DNA from: Fidelibacterota bacterium
GTDB lineage: Bacteria > Fidelibacterota > Marinisomatia > Marinisomatales > JACNKV01
Reading direction: 5' to 3'
Length of the DNA stretch: 64,000 bases
Assembly (NCBI GenBank): GCA_014381855.1
Contig: JACNKV010000035.1
Coordinates: forward strand, 16,080 to 80,079
Part shown: in pieces, positions 28,300 through 37,111 of the stretch
Position numbering within the stretch: the stretch's first letter is position 1
Layout: each line of letters opens with the position of its first letter
The notes under the pieces: model-generated
The model's database searches: none
Told to the model about the DNA's origin: nothing
What the model saw: the letters and a program-made list of their open reading frames with translations, nothing else
Position numbers and translations under genes: made by a program

Positions 28300-31200
28300 A
28301 GAATATAACGAAACTTATTTTAATGTTATCCATTATGTTGATTTCTAGCATATATGCAGGAACAACAGGAAAAATTTCCGGAACGGTAAAAGACAAAAAA
28401 ACAGGTGAATTCTTGGTTGGGTGTAATATAATGATTGATGGAACCAGTTTGGGAGCAGCAACTGATATCCATGGTAATTATTATATCTTAAATGTCCCTC
28501 CGGGGAAATATACAGTTCGTTCAATGATGATTGGATTTACTACGGTACGAATGACCGAAGTTGATGTTGCAGTAGATTTGACAACACGCATTAATTTTTC
28601 AATGAGTATGGAAGCCATTGAAGGAGAAGAGGTTGTGGTTGTGGCGAAAAGGCAAACCGTTCGGTTGGATCAGACATCCATGGCTTCGATAATGGATGCA
28701 AAAACATTAGAAAATCTTCCTGTGGCAGAAGTAATCGATGCAATTAGTCTCCAAGCCGGAATTGTACGGGACGGAGGTGGTTTACACGTCCGGGGAGGTA
28801 GAAGCGGTGAAGTCTCATTTTGGGTGGACGGTATCTCAACAACAGATTCTTACGATGGAAGTAGTGTCGGAGAAGAGATTCAAAATAGTTCTATACAAGA
28901 GCTTCAGGTTATCAGTGGAACTTTTAATGCGGAATATGGAAATGCAATGTCCGGCATTGTCAACATTGTTACAAAAGATGGGCAGGATCATTTAGAAGGT
29001 GGCTTGGAAATATATGGGGGTGGGTTTCATACGTTAAAATCAGATATATACACGATCTCGTCACCTTTTTCGATTTGGAAATCTTATGAAGACTTAAATG
29101 GAGATGGTCAATGGGATAGCCCTGAATGGTTTAATGATTTGAACGGAAATCTACAATGGGATTATAATGAACCTTATGATGATGCTAATGAGAATGGGAT
29201 ATTTGATGCAGGTGAACCCCTTAATAATGATTTAGGAACGGATGGTCTTGCCGGTGATCCAATGGATAATGGTTCAATGATTCCTTCATATTTTAGCAAT
29301 AATAACGGGCAAAAGAACGAACCCAGTTTAGGTGAAGGAGACGGACAACCTCAGTGGGGAGAACATCGTTTTTCGTTAGATAATGATGGGTTTGTGGATA
29401 AATTAAATGTAGTGCTGAATCCGTTTCAAATAAAAAACATCAATGCCCATTTGAGTGGGCCGGTTCCTTTTCTAAATGATTGGGTTACGTTTTACACAAA
29501 TATTCGTTACTTTAATACAACAAATAAGTACTATGGTAAACGACTATTCCAATCAAATGGTATGATGTTTGGAGATCAAAAGATTGTACCATTAGCACCG
29601 TTCTCAAAATTAACCGCTCAATTTAAATTTACTATAAAACCAACCCCAAAAATGAAGTTTGCTTACAGCTCTTTCAGCGCAGAAAAACAATATAAAAATT
29701 ATGATGCTGACTACAAATATATTCCGGATGGTTTGATGAATCGATATGAAAAAGATTTGTCTCATATCCTTACTTTCACGCATAGTATCTCATCAAAAAC
29801 CTTTTATGAATTAAAATTTATTGATTTTTCATCTGCTTACTGGGAACATCTTTACAAAGATGTCAACAACGTACCGTTTGAATCACAGATTATGGATAAT
29901 TTGTCTTGGCAAGCTGATTCAATTCAGATATACAATGGAGTAGAATGGGAAACTATTCCACAATATTATGAGGTGGGTACCTACCAAACTCAGGACTCAA
30001 CTTGGCATTACATAGTTGTAGATCTTGATGATTCAGAAGGCTATGTTGATCCGGTTATTATGAACCGACCGGCTTGGTCATTTGCGTCAGGAGGAACTCA
30101 AGGAGGTCGTTACGAACGAGAAACAAACTATCGTATGTTAAAATTTGATATTTCCAGTCAAATCAATTCTGTTCATCAAGTAAAAACCGGTTTTGCTTTC
30201 AAACGATATGACCTTTGGGCAAATGATAAACACGTAGAATATCTGATGGAAGGAAGTTACGGATTTACAGCGGAAGGAGATACGATTGGTTACAACCCTA
30301 TTTCAGGATCAAAAATCTTTCCTTATACACCAACAATTTATCCAACGTATACATCAGCACACAGCTATTTTCGTACAAATCCAATTGAGTTTTCTGCCTA
30401 TGTTCAGGATAAATTAGAGCTTGAGGATTTGATAGTAAATTTTGGTCTGCGATTTGATTATTTTGATCCGGATTGGGTTGTTCCCACAGATGACCGATTC
30501 CCGGGGAACCGTAAGTATTATTTAGCAGAGACCGCCAATGATACAGTTGTATTTTATCAATATGATTACCCGGAGCTTCATTCAGGTGTCGTTTTAATTG
30601 ATTCGTTAACGGCAGAAGGTGCCGTGAAAGCACAAAATCTACTAACCTCAGGAATGAATGAAGATTCGTTATGGACAGCCATGCGTGAGGATTATCAATG
30701 GAAGAACGGATATAAACCTGCTTGCAAATCATACCAACTTAGTCCTAGAATAGGATTGTCATACCCTGTTTCTGATAAAGGAGCAATTCATGTATCTTAT
30801 GGCTATTTTTTCCAGATTCCTAATTTCTCATATTTGTATTCAAACCCGGAATTTGAAATAGGGGAATCCAATTTTGCAGGAATTCTTGGGAATGCATCGC
30901 TAAAACCAGAGCGAACAGTGATGTATGAAGTTGGGTTTAAACAAGAAATAGCCATGTTGACATCTTTTGATCTTACTCTTTTCTACAGAGATACAAGAGA
31001 CTGGGTTGGAATGAGTGCTCCAATTCGTAAATATCCTGTAGGAACGTATTTTAAATATGAGAATAAAGACTATGCAAATACCCGTGGATATACTATTGCA
31101 ATTAATCGAGCATTTTATAATGGCTTAGGAGCCTCATTAGATTATTCTTGGATGGTTGCGGAAGGGACATACTCTAACCCGGACGATGCCTATCATAGCG

Positions 31201-31688
31201 CACAATCTGACCAAGAACCTTTACAGAGTTTAATTCCATTGGATTGGGATCAAACCCATACTCTAAATGGATCAATTACTTATGGAAAAAGAAATTGGTC
31301 TGTCTCAATGATTGGAAAATTATGGAGCGGCACTCCATATACACCGGAATTTAAAGTAGGTTCAGTCTCCGGTTCGAGTGCCTTTGCCGGGTTCTCAGAG
31401 AATAGTGATAGAATTCCAAATTATTATGAATTGGATTTTCGTTCTTCATATCGTTTAAATCTATTTGGCTTACATACAACACTGTTTTGTAACATATATA
31501 ATTTGTTGGATATTCAAAATGAACGTACAGTTTGGGGAGATACCGGCAGAGGAACCTATACACTTACCGCAAAAGATACACCAGACGCTACAACGGATCG
31601 TATTGGGCACATAGATGAGCACCTATTAAAACCTGATTGGTTTTCTGATCCACGTAAAATTAATGTAGGCATCCATGTCAAATTCTAG
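28296..31688 (+). CDS. TonB-dependent receptor (SusC-like architecture) with an Asp-rich insertion
   Basis: Signal peptide and carboxypeptidase-regulatory-like N-domain (GKISGTVKDKKTGEFLVGCNIMIDGTSLGAATDIHGNYYILNVPPGKYTV). Plug region LHVRGGRSGEVSFWVDGI. Long barrel ending GIHVKF. Its start overlaps the GH13 stop (ATGA). Confidence 0.88.
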   Translation: MKNITKLILMLSIMLISSIYAGTTGKISGTVKDKKTGEFLVGCNIMIDGTSLGAATDIHGNYYILNVPPGKYTVRSMMIGFTTVRMTEVDVAVDLTTRINFSMSMEAIEGEEVVVVAKRQTVRLDQTSMASIMDAKTLENLPVAEVIDAISLQAGIVRDGGGLHVRGGRSGEVSFWVDGISTTDSYDGSSVGEEIQNSSIQELQVISGTFNAEYGNAMSGIVNIVTKDGQDHLEGGLEIYGGGFHTLKSDIYTISSPFSIWKSYEDLNGDGQWDSPEWFNDLNGNLQWDYNEPYDDANENGIFDAGEPLNNDLGTDGLAGDPMDNGSMIPSYFSNNNGQKNEPSLGEGDGQPQWGEHRFSLDNDGFVDKLNVVLNPFQIKNINAHLSGPVPFLNDWVTFYTNIRYFNTTNKYYGKRLFQSNGMMFGDQKIVPLAPFSKLTAQFKFTIKPTPKMKFAYSSFSAEKQYKNYDADYKYIPDGLMNRYEKDLSHILTFTHSISSKTFYELKFIDFSSAYWEHLYKDVNNVPFESQIMDNLSWQADSIQIYNGVEWETIPQYYEVGTYQTQDSTWHYIVVDLDDSEGYVDPVIMNRPAWSFASGGTQGGRYERETNYRMLKFDISSQINSVHQVKTGFAFKRYDLWANDKHVEYLMEGSYGFTAEGDTIGYNPISGSKIFPYTPTIYPTYTSAHSYFRTNPIEFSAYVQDKLELEDLIVNFGLRFDYFDPDWVVPTDDRFPGNRKYYLAETANDTVVFYQYDYPELHSGVVLIDSLTAEGAVKAQNLLTSGMNEDSLWTAMREDYQWKNGYKPACKSYQLSPRIGLSYPVSDKGAIHVSYGYFFQIPNFSYLYSNPEFEIGESNFAGILGNASLKPERTVMYEVGFKQEIAMLTSFDLTLFYRDTRDWVGMSAPIRKYPVGTYFKYENKDYANTRGYTIAINRAFYNGLGASLDYSWMVAEGTYSNPDDAYHSAQSDQEPLQSLIPLDWDQTHTLNGSITYGKRNWSVSMIGKLWSGTPYTPEFKVGSVSGSSAFAGFSENSDRIPNYYELDFRSSYRLNLFGLHTTLFCNIYNLLDIQNERTVWGDTGRGTYTLTAKDTPDATTDRIGHIDEHLLKPDWFSDPRKINVGIHVKF

Positions 31689-34600
31689 AAATAAGTTGGG
31701 AAACATTATGAAAATAAACTCGTCATTTAATCATATACTTTTTATCGGGATTATGATTGTTAATACATCTCTAATGGCCGTCAATCCGCATGGTACAACG
31801 TTAGCAAGAGGAAAAAATGTACACTCCGGGAATAAGGTGAGAACAACTTTTTACAATTATGGTTTATTAGGGCGATGGATGGATGAGCCGGATGATATAG
31901 GAGGTGAATGGCCAATTAATTCTACTCATGAATATATTGGAGACGTTGGAATATTGGTAGGATCTGAAATTATGGATCAAAATGATGTACTACGTCACAG
32001 TGTCGTTACTACTTATAGTCCCCGCGGAAGTGAAATGAATTTAGATGATCACTGGGGCTGGGAACCACTCATGGGGTATTTCAATGATGATTCCAACTTG
32101 GTGGCGATGAGTCACATGGGTCCTCCGGTAGATCCCTCAAATCCAAGGCATCCGAATACTTGGCCAAATCAATGGCCGGACAAGCTTACCGATGCACTAG
32201 ATCCAGGTTGGTCCGAAAGTTGGAATGGCTATTTTGGAAAAAATCAAAAAAATGCGGAACAGGAAAGTTACTTTATCATGGATGATGCCAATGATGAGGA
32301 ATTTAGTTTTTTCCCGGATACTACAGATATGGAACGAAAAGGACTTGGTTTGAATGCAACAGTCCGAGGATTACAATGGAATCATATCATGGCAGAGGAC
32401 GTGCTTTTTTGGCTTTATGATATAAAAAATATTGGACATAAAGATCATCATAAGATGATTTTTGGAGCTATTGTAGGCACGATAACAGGTGGGGATGGAG
32501 ACAGCCAGGATGATTATGCGGATTTTGATAAAAATGACGATATTGCGTATTCCTATGACCATGGGACAAATCTTGACACTGGACTAGGTGGTGTTGGTGC
32601 ACAGGGTTGGTCTCCGGTAGGTTTAGCGGGTTATGCCTTTCTTGAAAGTCCGGGGAATTCGATAGACGGGATTGACAACGATGGCGATGGTAGTGATGGC
32701 TCAGGAGAGATTATCACAGAAAGTTTATTTGACCCGGTGATATTTTCTGTCGGTGATACAATTGTAGTAATAGATTATTATAATGGTTATGAGAGAACCA
32801 TTACAACAATGCCTGCAAACGGAATTGAAATCGTTCAAAACGGAAATATTTATACATTTGTTCCGGGGATTCCCTATGAAGAAATTGAACGAAATTTGAT
32901 TGATGATAACCTAAATGGTATTATTGACGAAAACAACGGCTATTCCATAGAGGTTGCTCCTGGTTATTTTGAAGATATATATTTGAATGTTGGGCAAAAA
33001 TACATTGATTATTTAACTAATGAAGGAATAGATAATCTGCTGATTGATGAGTCACGGAGTGATGGTATTGATAATGACGGTGACTGGGATTTTGAAAAGG
33101 ACGATGTAGGTCTAGACGGTGCTCCCGGAAGCGGAGACACATTTTATGGCGAAGGTGATGGACAGCCGACATCCGGCTTTGAGTTGATGGGTGATGAATG
33201 GGTGGATACAGGATTCCCGGGTGAACCAAATATTGATAAAACAGATATTGATGAGTCTGATCAGATAGGACTATCAAGTTTTTACTATTTTGCTTTTGGT
33301 CAGTTTTCAGATATGGGATGTGATGATTGTCTATGGAATAAAATGGCCCCGGGATATTTTAATAAGTCTGTGCAAAATGTTGATGCTGACTTTCTTTTCG
33401 GATCCGGGTATTTCCCGTTACCGGTGGGCGAAACAGAACGCTTTTCTATAGCCATGTTATTTGGTGATAATCTCCCTGATCTAATCAGAAACAAACAAAC
33501 CGTACAGACAATCTATAATCAGAATTATAATTTTGCAAAAGCACCAGATTTACCGACAGTTTGGGCTTTTGAAGGAGACGGATATATCACAATTTATTGG
33601 GATGACCGTTCTGAAAATTCATATGATAGACTGTCCGGCTATGATTTTGAAGGATACAAAATATATAAAGCAACCGATACCGAATTTACGGATTCCGGGA
33701 GCATTACGGATGCCTTTGGATCGCATAAATTTAATGTGGCGGAAAAGCAGTTCGACTTAGTCAATGAATATGAAGGGTTTTTTCCGATTGATATAGATGG
33801 GATTCTTTACGATCTAGGAGATAATTCAGGACTTGTTCATGCATGGACAGATACAAATGTGTTAAATGGCCATCGTTACTATTATGCTGTTACTGCATAC
33901 GACCATGGAAATTTAGATAAAGAGATACTCCCGGCTGAAACATCCAAATTTGTTACTATTGATAAAAGCGGTAAAATTCAAACTGCTCAAAATGTTATTT
34001 CAATAGTTCCTGAAGCCCACGCCGCAGGATATGTTATCCCTCCTGCAAATGAGGAAGTATATCCCTTGCACAAACCCAGAGGAACTGGTAGTATTGTTTT
34101 GAATAATATTGATCCCTCCCAAATACCTGAAAACCACAACTATCAAATTTATTTTAAAGATTCAAGATTGAATGGATTGGATGATGATGGCGATTGGGTT
34201 CAAGTGGATGATAGTTACGCGAATAATCGATGGGATTCAACGGAAGTCTATTTTGATTTTGGGCTCGATGGTTTACCGAATACGGAAGACGAAGGTGAGG
34301 GAAATGGTGAAATTGATTGGTTGGATTATGGTGTTGATGGAACGCGAAATCAAGATGAACCGGGATTTAATCCGTGGAATAACCCGGACCCAAGTCATGA
34401 TAATTACGTAGACTCCGGGGCAAATGAAAATTGCTCTGACGGTTGGGATAATGACGGAGATGGAGAAATTGACGAATTAGAAAATGGTGAGTGCGCTGAT
34501 TGGGGCACAGAAAATGATGGAATATATCAACTTGCAGAACTTGGTGAACCTATTATTGACGGAAATGCACTTTTTGACAAGGATGTTGGTAGCGATGGTT

Positions 34601-35907
34601 GCAGAGATGAATTTGAGGATGGTTTTGGGGGATGCCTAAGTGAACAAAATCCTTCTTGGTCCGAAGGAATGGATCCAAACTCTGATAACTACAATATCCT
34701 TACAAATCCAAGTGGGACTGAAGGAAATCAACAACCTGATCTGGGAGAACCGGATGTAGACTTAAATGATTTGGAAGAGATGGTCCCGATTACTTCACAC
34801 TTTATGGTTGTTGATGTTACAGAGTCGTCTAAATATGATACGGTCGTAACATGGACGCAGGCATTGGAAGATGATAAAACCATCTTTAATGGTATGCAGT
34901 TGCTGTTCGATAATCATAGAATCATTCAAAAACAATCATCAAGATTTATACCAAAATATGATAAAGAATATTACGTCTTGGTTGACTCTTTTAGCTATGG
35001 TGGAATTGCGACCATCGGAGTGAAATATCCAAGGGATATGAAATTTATTTTTTCAGATTCTACGGAATTTCAAACGGAAGCACAAGAATTAATCAGAACA
35101 ACAGGAGATACAATAACTTTTGAAAGTATAAATGTGAATTATTCAATAGTGGATCCTTATGATGATTCTCCGATATCTTTTGCGGTGTTTGATCAGACTT
35201 GGGAATATACAATGCCTGATTCGGAATTATTTGTTGATCAACATGATTATATCTCAATTGAAGAACAGAAAATCGGTTATTATGATGCAGAAGGTTTTCA
35301 TGAACACCCAGACAGTACATTATACGATATTGTTACATTCGCTAAACCCGGTCATTTTTCCTTTGGAGATCGCATCATAATTTTGGAATCTATGGGTGGA
35401 ACAACTCTTGTGACTTGGGGAGTCAGCACTGATAGTGACGATTCTTCACCATATATTCACATTCCGGTAACAGGTGACACGTTAGATATCAGAGTTACCA
35501 AACCATTTAGTTCTGAAGATAAATTTGGTTTTGTATCAAATGCGCCATATTTGGACCAACAAAAAATGAAGCAGGAAATTCACAATGTCAAAGTTGTGCC
35601 GAACCCTTATATCGCTGGCGCAAGTTGGGAAGGGCAAAATCCTTACGCTACAGGGCGAGGTCCGCGGGCAATCCATTTTAATCATTTACCATCACAATGT
35701 AAAATTACAATATTTAATCTTGCCGGTGAATTGGTAGATGTTTTATTCCATGATACAGTGATCGAAGATGGCTCCGCAGAGTGGGATATGCTAACAAAAG
35801 AAAACCTATCAATTGCCTATGGAATTTATCTCTATTACATAGAGCCAATATCAGGAGGCCAAAATGATTTTGAACCTATACAGGGAAAGTTTGCGGTGAT
35901 AAAATGA
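31675..35907 (+). CDS. very large secreted protein of unknown function with Asp-rich Ca-binding-type repeats and a divergent T9SS-CTD-like C-terminus
   Basis: 1,410-aa uninterrupted ORF. The alternative ATG at 31708 gives the signal-like N-terminus MKINSSFNHILFIGIMIVNTSLMA. Repeated DxDxDG motifs (IDNDGDGSDG, GIDNDGDWD, GLDDDGDW, GWDNDGDGEID). C-terminus is VVPNPY..ITIFNLAGELV..GIYLYYIEP..KFAVIK. Confidence 0.8.
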   Translation: MSNSRNKLGNIMKINSSFNHILFIGIMIVNTSLMAVNPHGTTLARGKNVHSGNKVRTTFYNYGLLGRWMDEPDDIGGEWPINSTHEYIGDVGILVGSEIMDQNDVLRHSVVTTYSPRGSEMNLDDHWGWEPLMGYFNDDSNLVAMSHMGPPVDPSNPRHPNTWPNQWPDKLTDALDPGWSESWNGYFGKNQKNAEQESYFIMDDANDEEFSFFPDTTDMERKGLGLNATVRGLQWNHIMAEDVLFWLYDIKNIGHKDHHKMIFGAIVGTITGGDGDSQDDYADFDKNDDIAYSYDHGTNLDTGLGGVGAQGWSPVGLAGYAFLESPGNSIDGIDNDGDGSDGSGEIITESLFDPVIFSVGDTIVVIDYYNGYERTITTMPANGIEIVQNGNIYTFVPGIPYEEIERNLIDDNLNGIIDENNGYSIEVAPGYFEDIYLNVGQKYIDYLTNEGIDNLLIDESRSDGIDNDGDWDFEKDDVGLDGAPGSGDTFYGEGDGQPTSGFELMGDEWVDTGFPGEPNIDKTDIDESDQIGLSSFYYFAFGQFSDMGCDDCLWNKMAPGYFNKSVQNVDADFLFGSGYFPLPVGETERFSIAMLFGDNLPDLIRNKQTVQTIYNQNYNFAKAPDLPTVWAFEGDGYITIYWDDRSENSYDRLSGYDFEGYKIYKATDTEFTDSGSITDAFGSHKFNVAEKQFDLVNEYEGFFPIDIDGILYDLGDNSGLVHAWTDTNVLNGHRYYYAVTAYDHGNLDKEILPAETSKFVTIDKSGKIQTAQNVISIVPEAHAAGYVIPPANEEVYPLHKPRGTGSIVLNNIDPSQIPENHNYQIYFKDSRLNGLDDDGDWVQVDDSYANNRWDSTEVYFDFGLDGLPNTEDEGEGNGEIDWLDYGVDGTRNQDEPGFNPWNNPDPSHDNYVDSGANENCSDGWDNDGDGEIDELENGECADWGTENDGIYQLAELGEPIIDGNALFDKDVGSDGCRDEFEDGFGGCLSEQNPSWSEGMDPNSDNYNILTNPSGTEGNQQPDLGEPDVDLNDLEEMVPITSHFMVVDVTESSKYDTVVTWTQALEDDKTIFNGMQLLFDNHRIIQKQSSRFIPKYDKEYYVLVDSFSYGGIATIGVKYPRDMKFIFSDSTEFQTEAQELIRTTGDTITFESINVNYSIVDPYDDSPISFAVFDQTWEYTMPDSELFVDQHDYISIEEQKIGYYDAEGFHEHPDSTLYDIVTFAKPGHFSFGDRIIILESMGGTTLVTWGVSTDSDDSSPYIHIPVTGDTLDIRVTKPFSSEDKFGFVSNAPYLDQQKMKQEIHNVKVVPNPYIAGASWEGQNPYATGRGPRAIHFNHLPSQCKITIFNLAGELVDVLFHDTVIEDGSAEWDMLTKENLSIAYGIYLYYIEPISGGQNDFEPIQGKFAVIK

Positions 35908-36950
35908 AGCATCCATCTATAAGACAAAAGAGACTGTTTCTTCCGATAATTTCAATGTTCATAGTTTTTGCGTGGACAAATCCTTTATTATCTCAATCAG
36001 TTTCTAAAGTAGGCACAACTGCCAGTCAGTTTTTGAAAATTGGCGTGAGTTCACGTCCACTATCCATGGGCGGAGCATTTACTGCCGTTGCAGATGATGT
36101 GTCTGCTTTGTACTGGAATCCCGCAGGGATTGCCGGACTTGATAAAGTGCAAGTGTTGTTCGATCATACTGAATGGTTTCAAGATATAGATTATGAATTT
36201 GTTGGCGGGTTAATTAATCTTGGGACATACGGATCAATCGGAGCAACGATTTCCTATCTTCATATGAAAGAAATGGACGTAACGACGACACATCAGCCGG
36301 AAGGCACAGGAGAATCTTTCGATGCCGGATGCTATTCAGCCACGTTTACTTATGGGAAAAGAATCACAGATCGGTTCTCACTTGGATTGACGACAAAATA
36401 TGTAAATGAATTCATCTATAACTCCAGTGCATCCGGTTTTGCGATGGATATTGGAACAAAGTATAATACGCGGGTTGAGGGCTTAGCTTTAGGAATGAGT
36501 ATATCCAATTTTGGGACTAAAATGCAGATGTCAGGGAGAGATTTAATTATCCAAACTGATTTGGACCCAACATTAGAATCAGACCCCGAGCATGTAAATG
36601 CTTATTTAGACACTGATGAGTTTGATCTCCCTCTCCTTTTTCGGTTTGGCATTGCATACAAATTTCAATTATTGCACCGTAATTTGAATATTACGTTAGC
36701 AGCAGATGCCAATCATCCAAATGATAATACTGAAAGTTTAAATATTGGGACAGAAATAAATATAGCAAACATGGTGTTTTTACGCGGTGGAATCCAACAT
36801 TTATTCCAACGAGACGCTGAAGAACAATTTGCATTAGGTGCTGGAATTAAAATCCACATGGGTGGTTTCATTATGGTTGTTGATTATGCTTATCATGAAT
36901 TTGGCAGATTAGGCTCACCCCAGAAAATCACTATTTCTCTTATCCAATAA
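35904..36950 (+). CDS. PorV/PorQ-family outer-membrane beta-barrel protein
   Basis: Signal peptide followed by TASQFLKIGVSSRPLSMGGAFTAVADDVSALYWNPAGIAG, which I recognise as the PorV/PorQ-type N-terminal signature. The remainder has an alternating beta-strand pattern. Its start overlaps the giant ORF stop (ATGA). Confidence 0.75.
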   Translation: MKHPSIRQKRLFLPIISMFIVFAWTNPLLSQSVSKVGTTASQFLKIGVSSRPLSMGGAFTAVADDVSALYWNPAGIAGLDKVQVLFDHTEWFQDIDYEFVGGLINLGTYGSIGATISYLHMKEMDVTTTHQPEGTGESFDAGCYSATFTYGKRITDRFSLGLTTKYVNEFIYNSSASGFAMDIGTKYNTRVEGLALGMSISNFGTKMQMSGRDLIIQTDLDPTLESDPEHVNAYLDTDEFDLPLLFRFGIAYKFQLLHRNLNITLAADANHPNDNTESLNIGTEINIANMVFLRGGIQHLFQRDAEEQFALGAGIKIHMGGFIMVVDYAYHEFGRLGSPQKITISLIQ

Positions 36951-37019
36951 TTTATTTTATCACGATAAGAATTATTATTGTAGAATTCCCGAATAAAGAG
37001 TAAATTTCCTGCACTTATT

Positions 37020-37041
37020 AGTAACTCTGATGTGAGTTACT
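37020..37041. promoter_or_regulatory. candidate operator, copy C of the palindrome GTAACTC-N6-GAGTTAC
   Basis: AGTAACTC-TGATGT-GAGTTACT is a perfect 8+8 inverted repeat followed by AAAATTA. It lies 70 nt upstream of the ATG at 37112. Confidence 0.6.
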
Positions 37042-37046
37042 AAAAT

Positions 37047-37054
37047 TACTTTTG
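37047..37054 (+). promoter_or_regulatory. possible Bacteroidota-type -7 promoter box (TAnnTTTG)
   Basis: TACTTTTG sits immediately downstream of operator copy C. This is only a consensus match, with no transcript data. Confidence 0.3.
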
Positions 37055-37059
37055 AGAGA

Positions 37060-37077
37060 GAATACATAGAAGTATTC
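37060..37077. promoter_or_regulatory. inverted repeat GAATAC-N6-GTATTC in the putative 5' leader
   Basis: GAATACATAGAAGTATTC read directly from the sequence, between the putative -7 box and the AAGGAG RBS (37097-37102). Confidence 0.25.
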
Positions 37078-37111
37078 CTAATTTAATAATACAAACAAGG
37101 AGAATAATGAG

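Noticed and set aside
32600-34700. Reading the Asp-rich DxDxDG repeats of the giant protein as dockerins of a cellulosome/amylosome-like assembly
   Set aside because: No cohesin-like partner is visible in the window, and the repeats are not arranged as the paired 22-residue dockerin duplication. I can only say they are calcium-loop-like.
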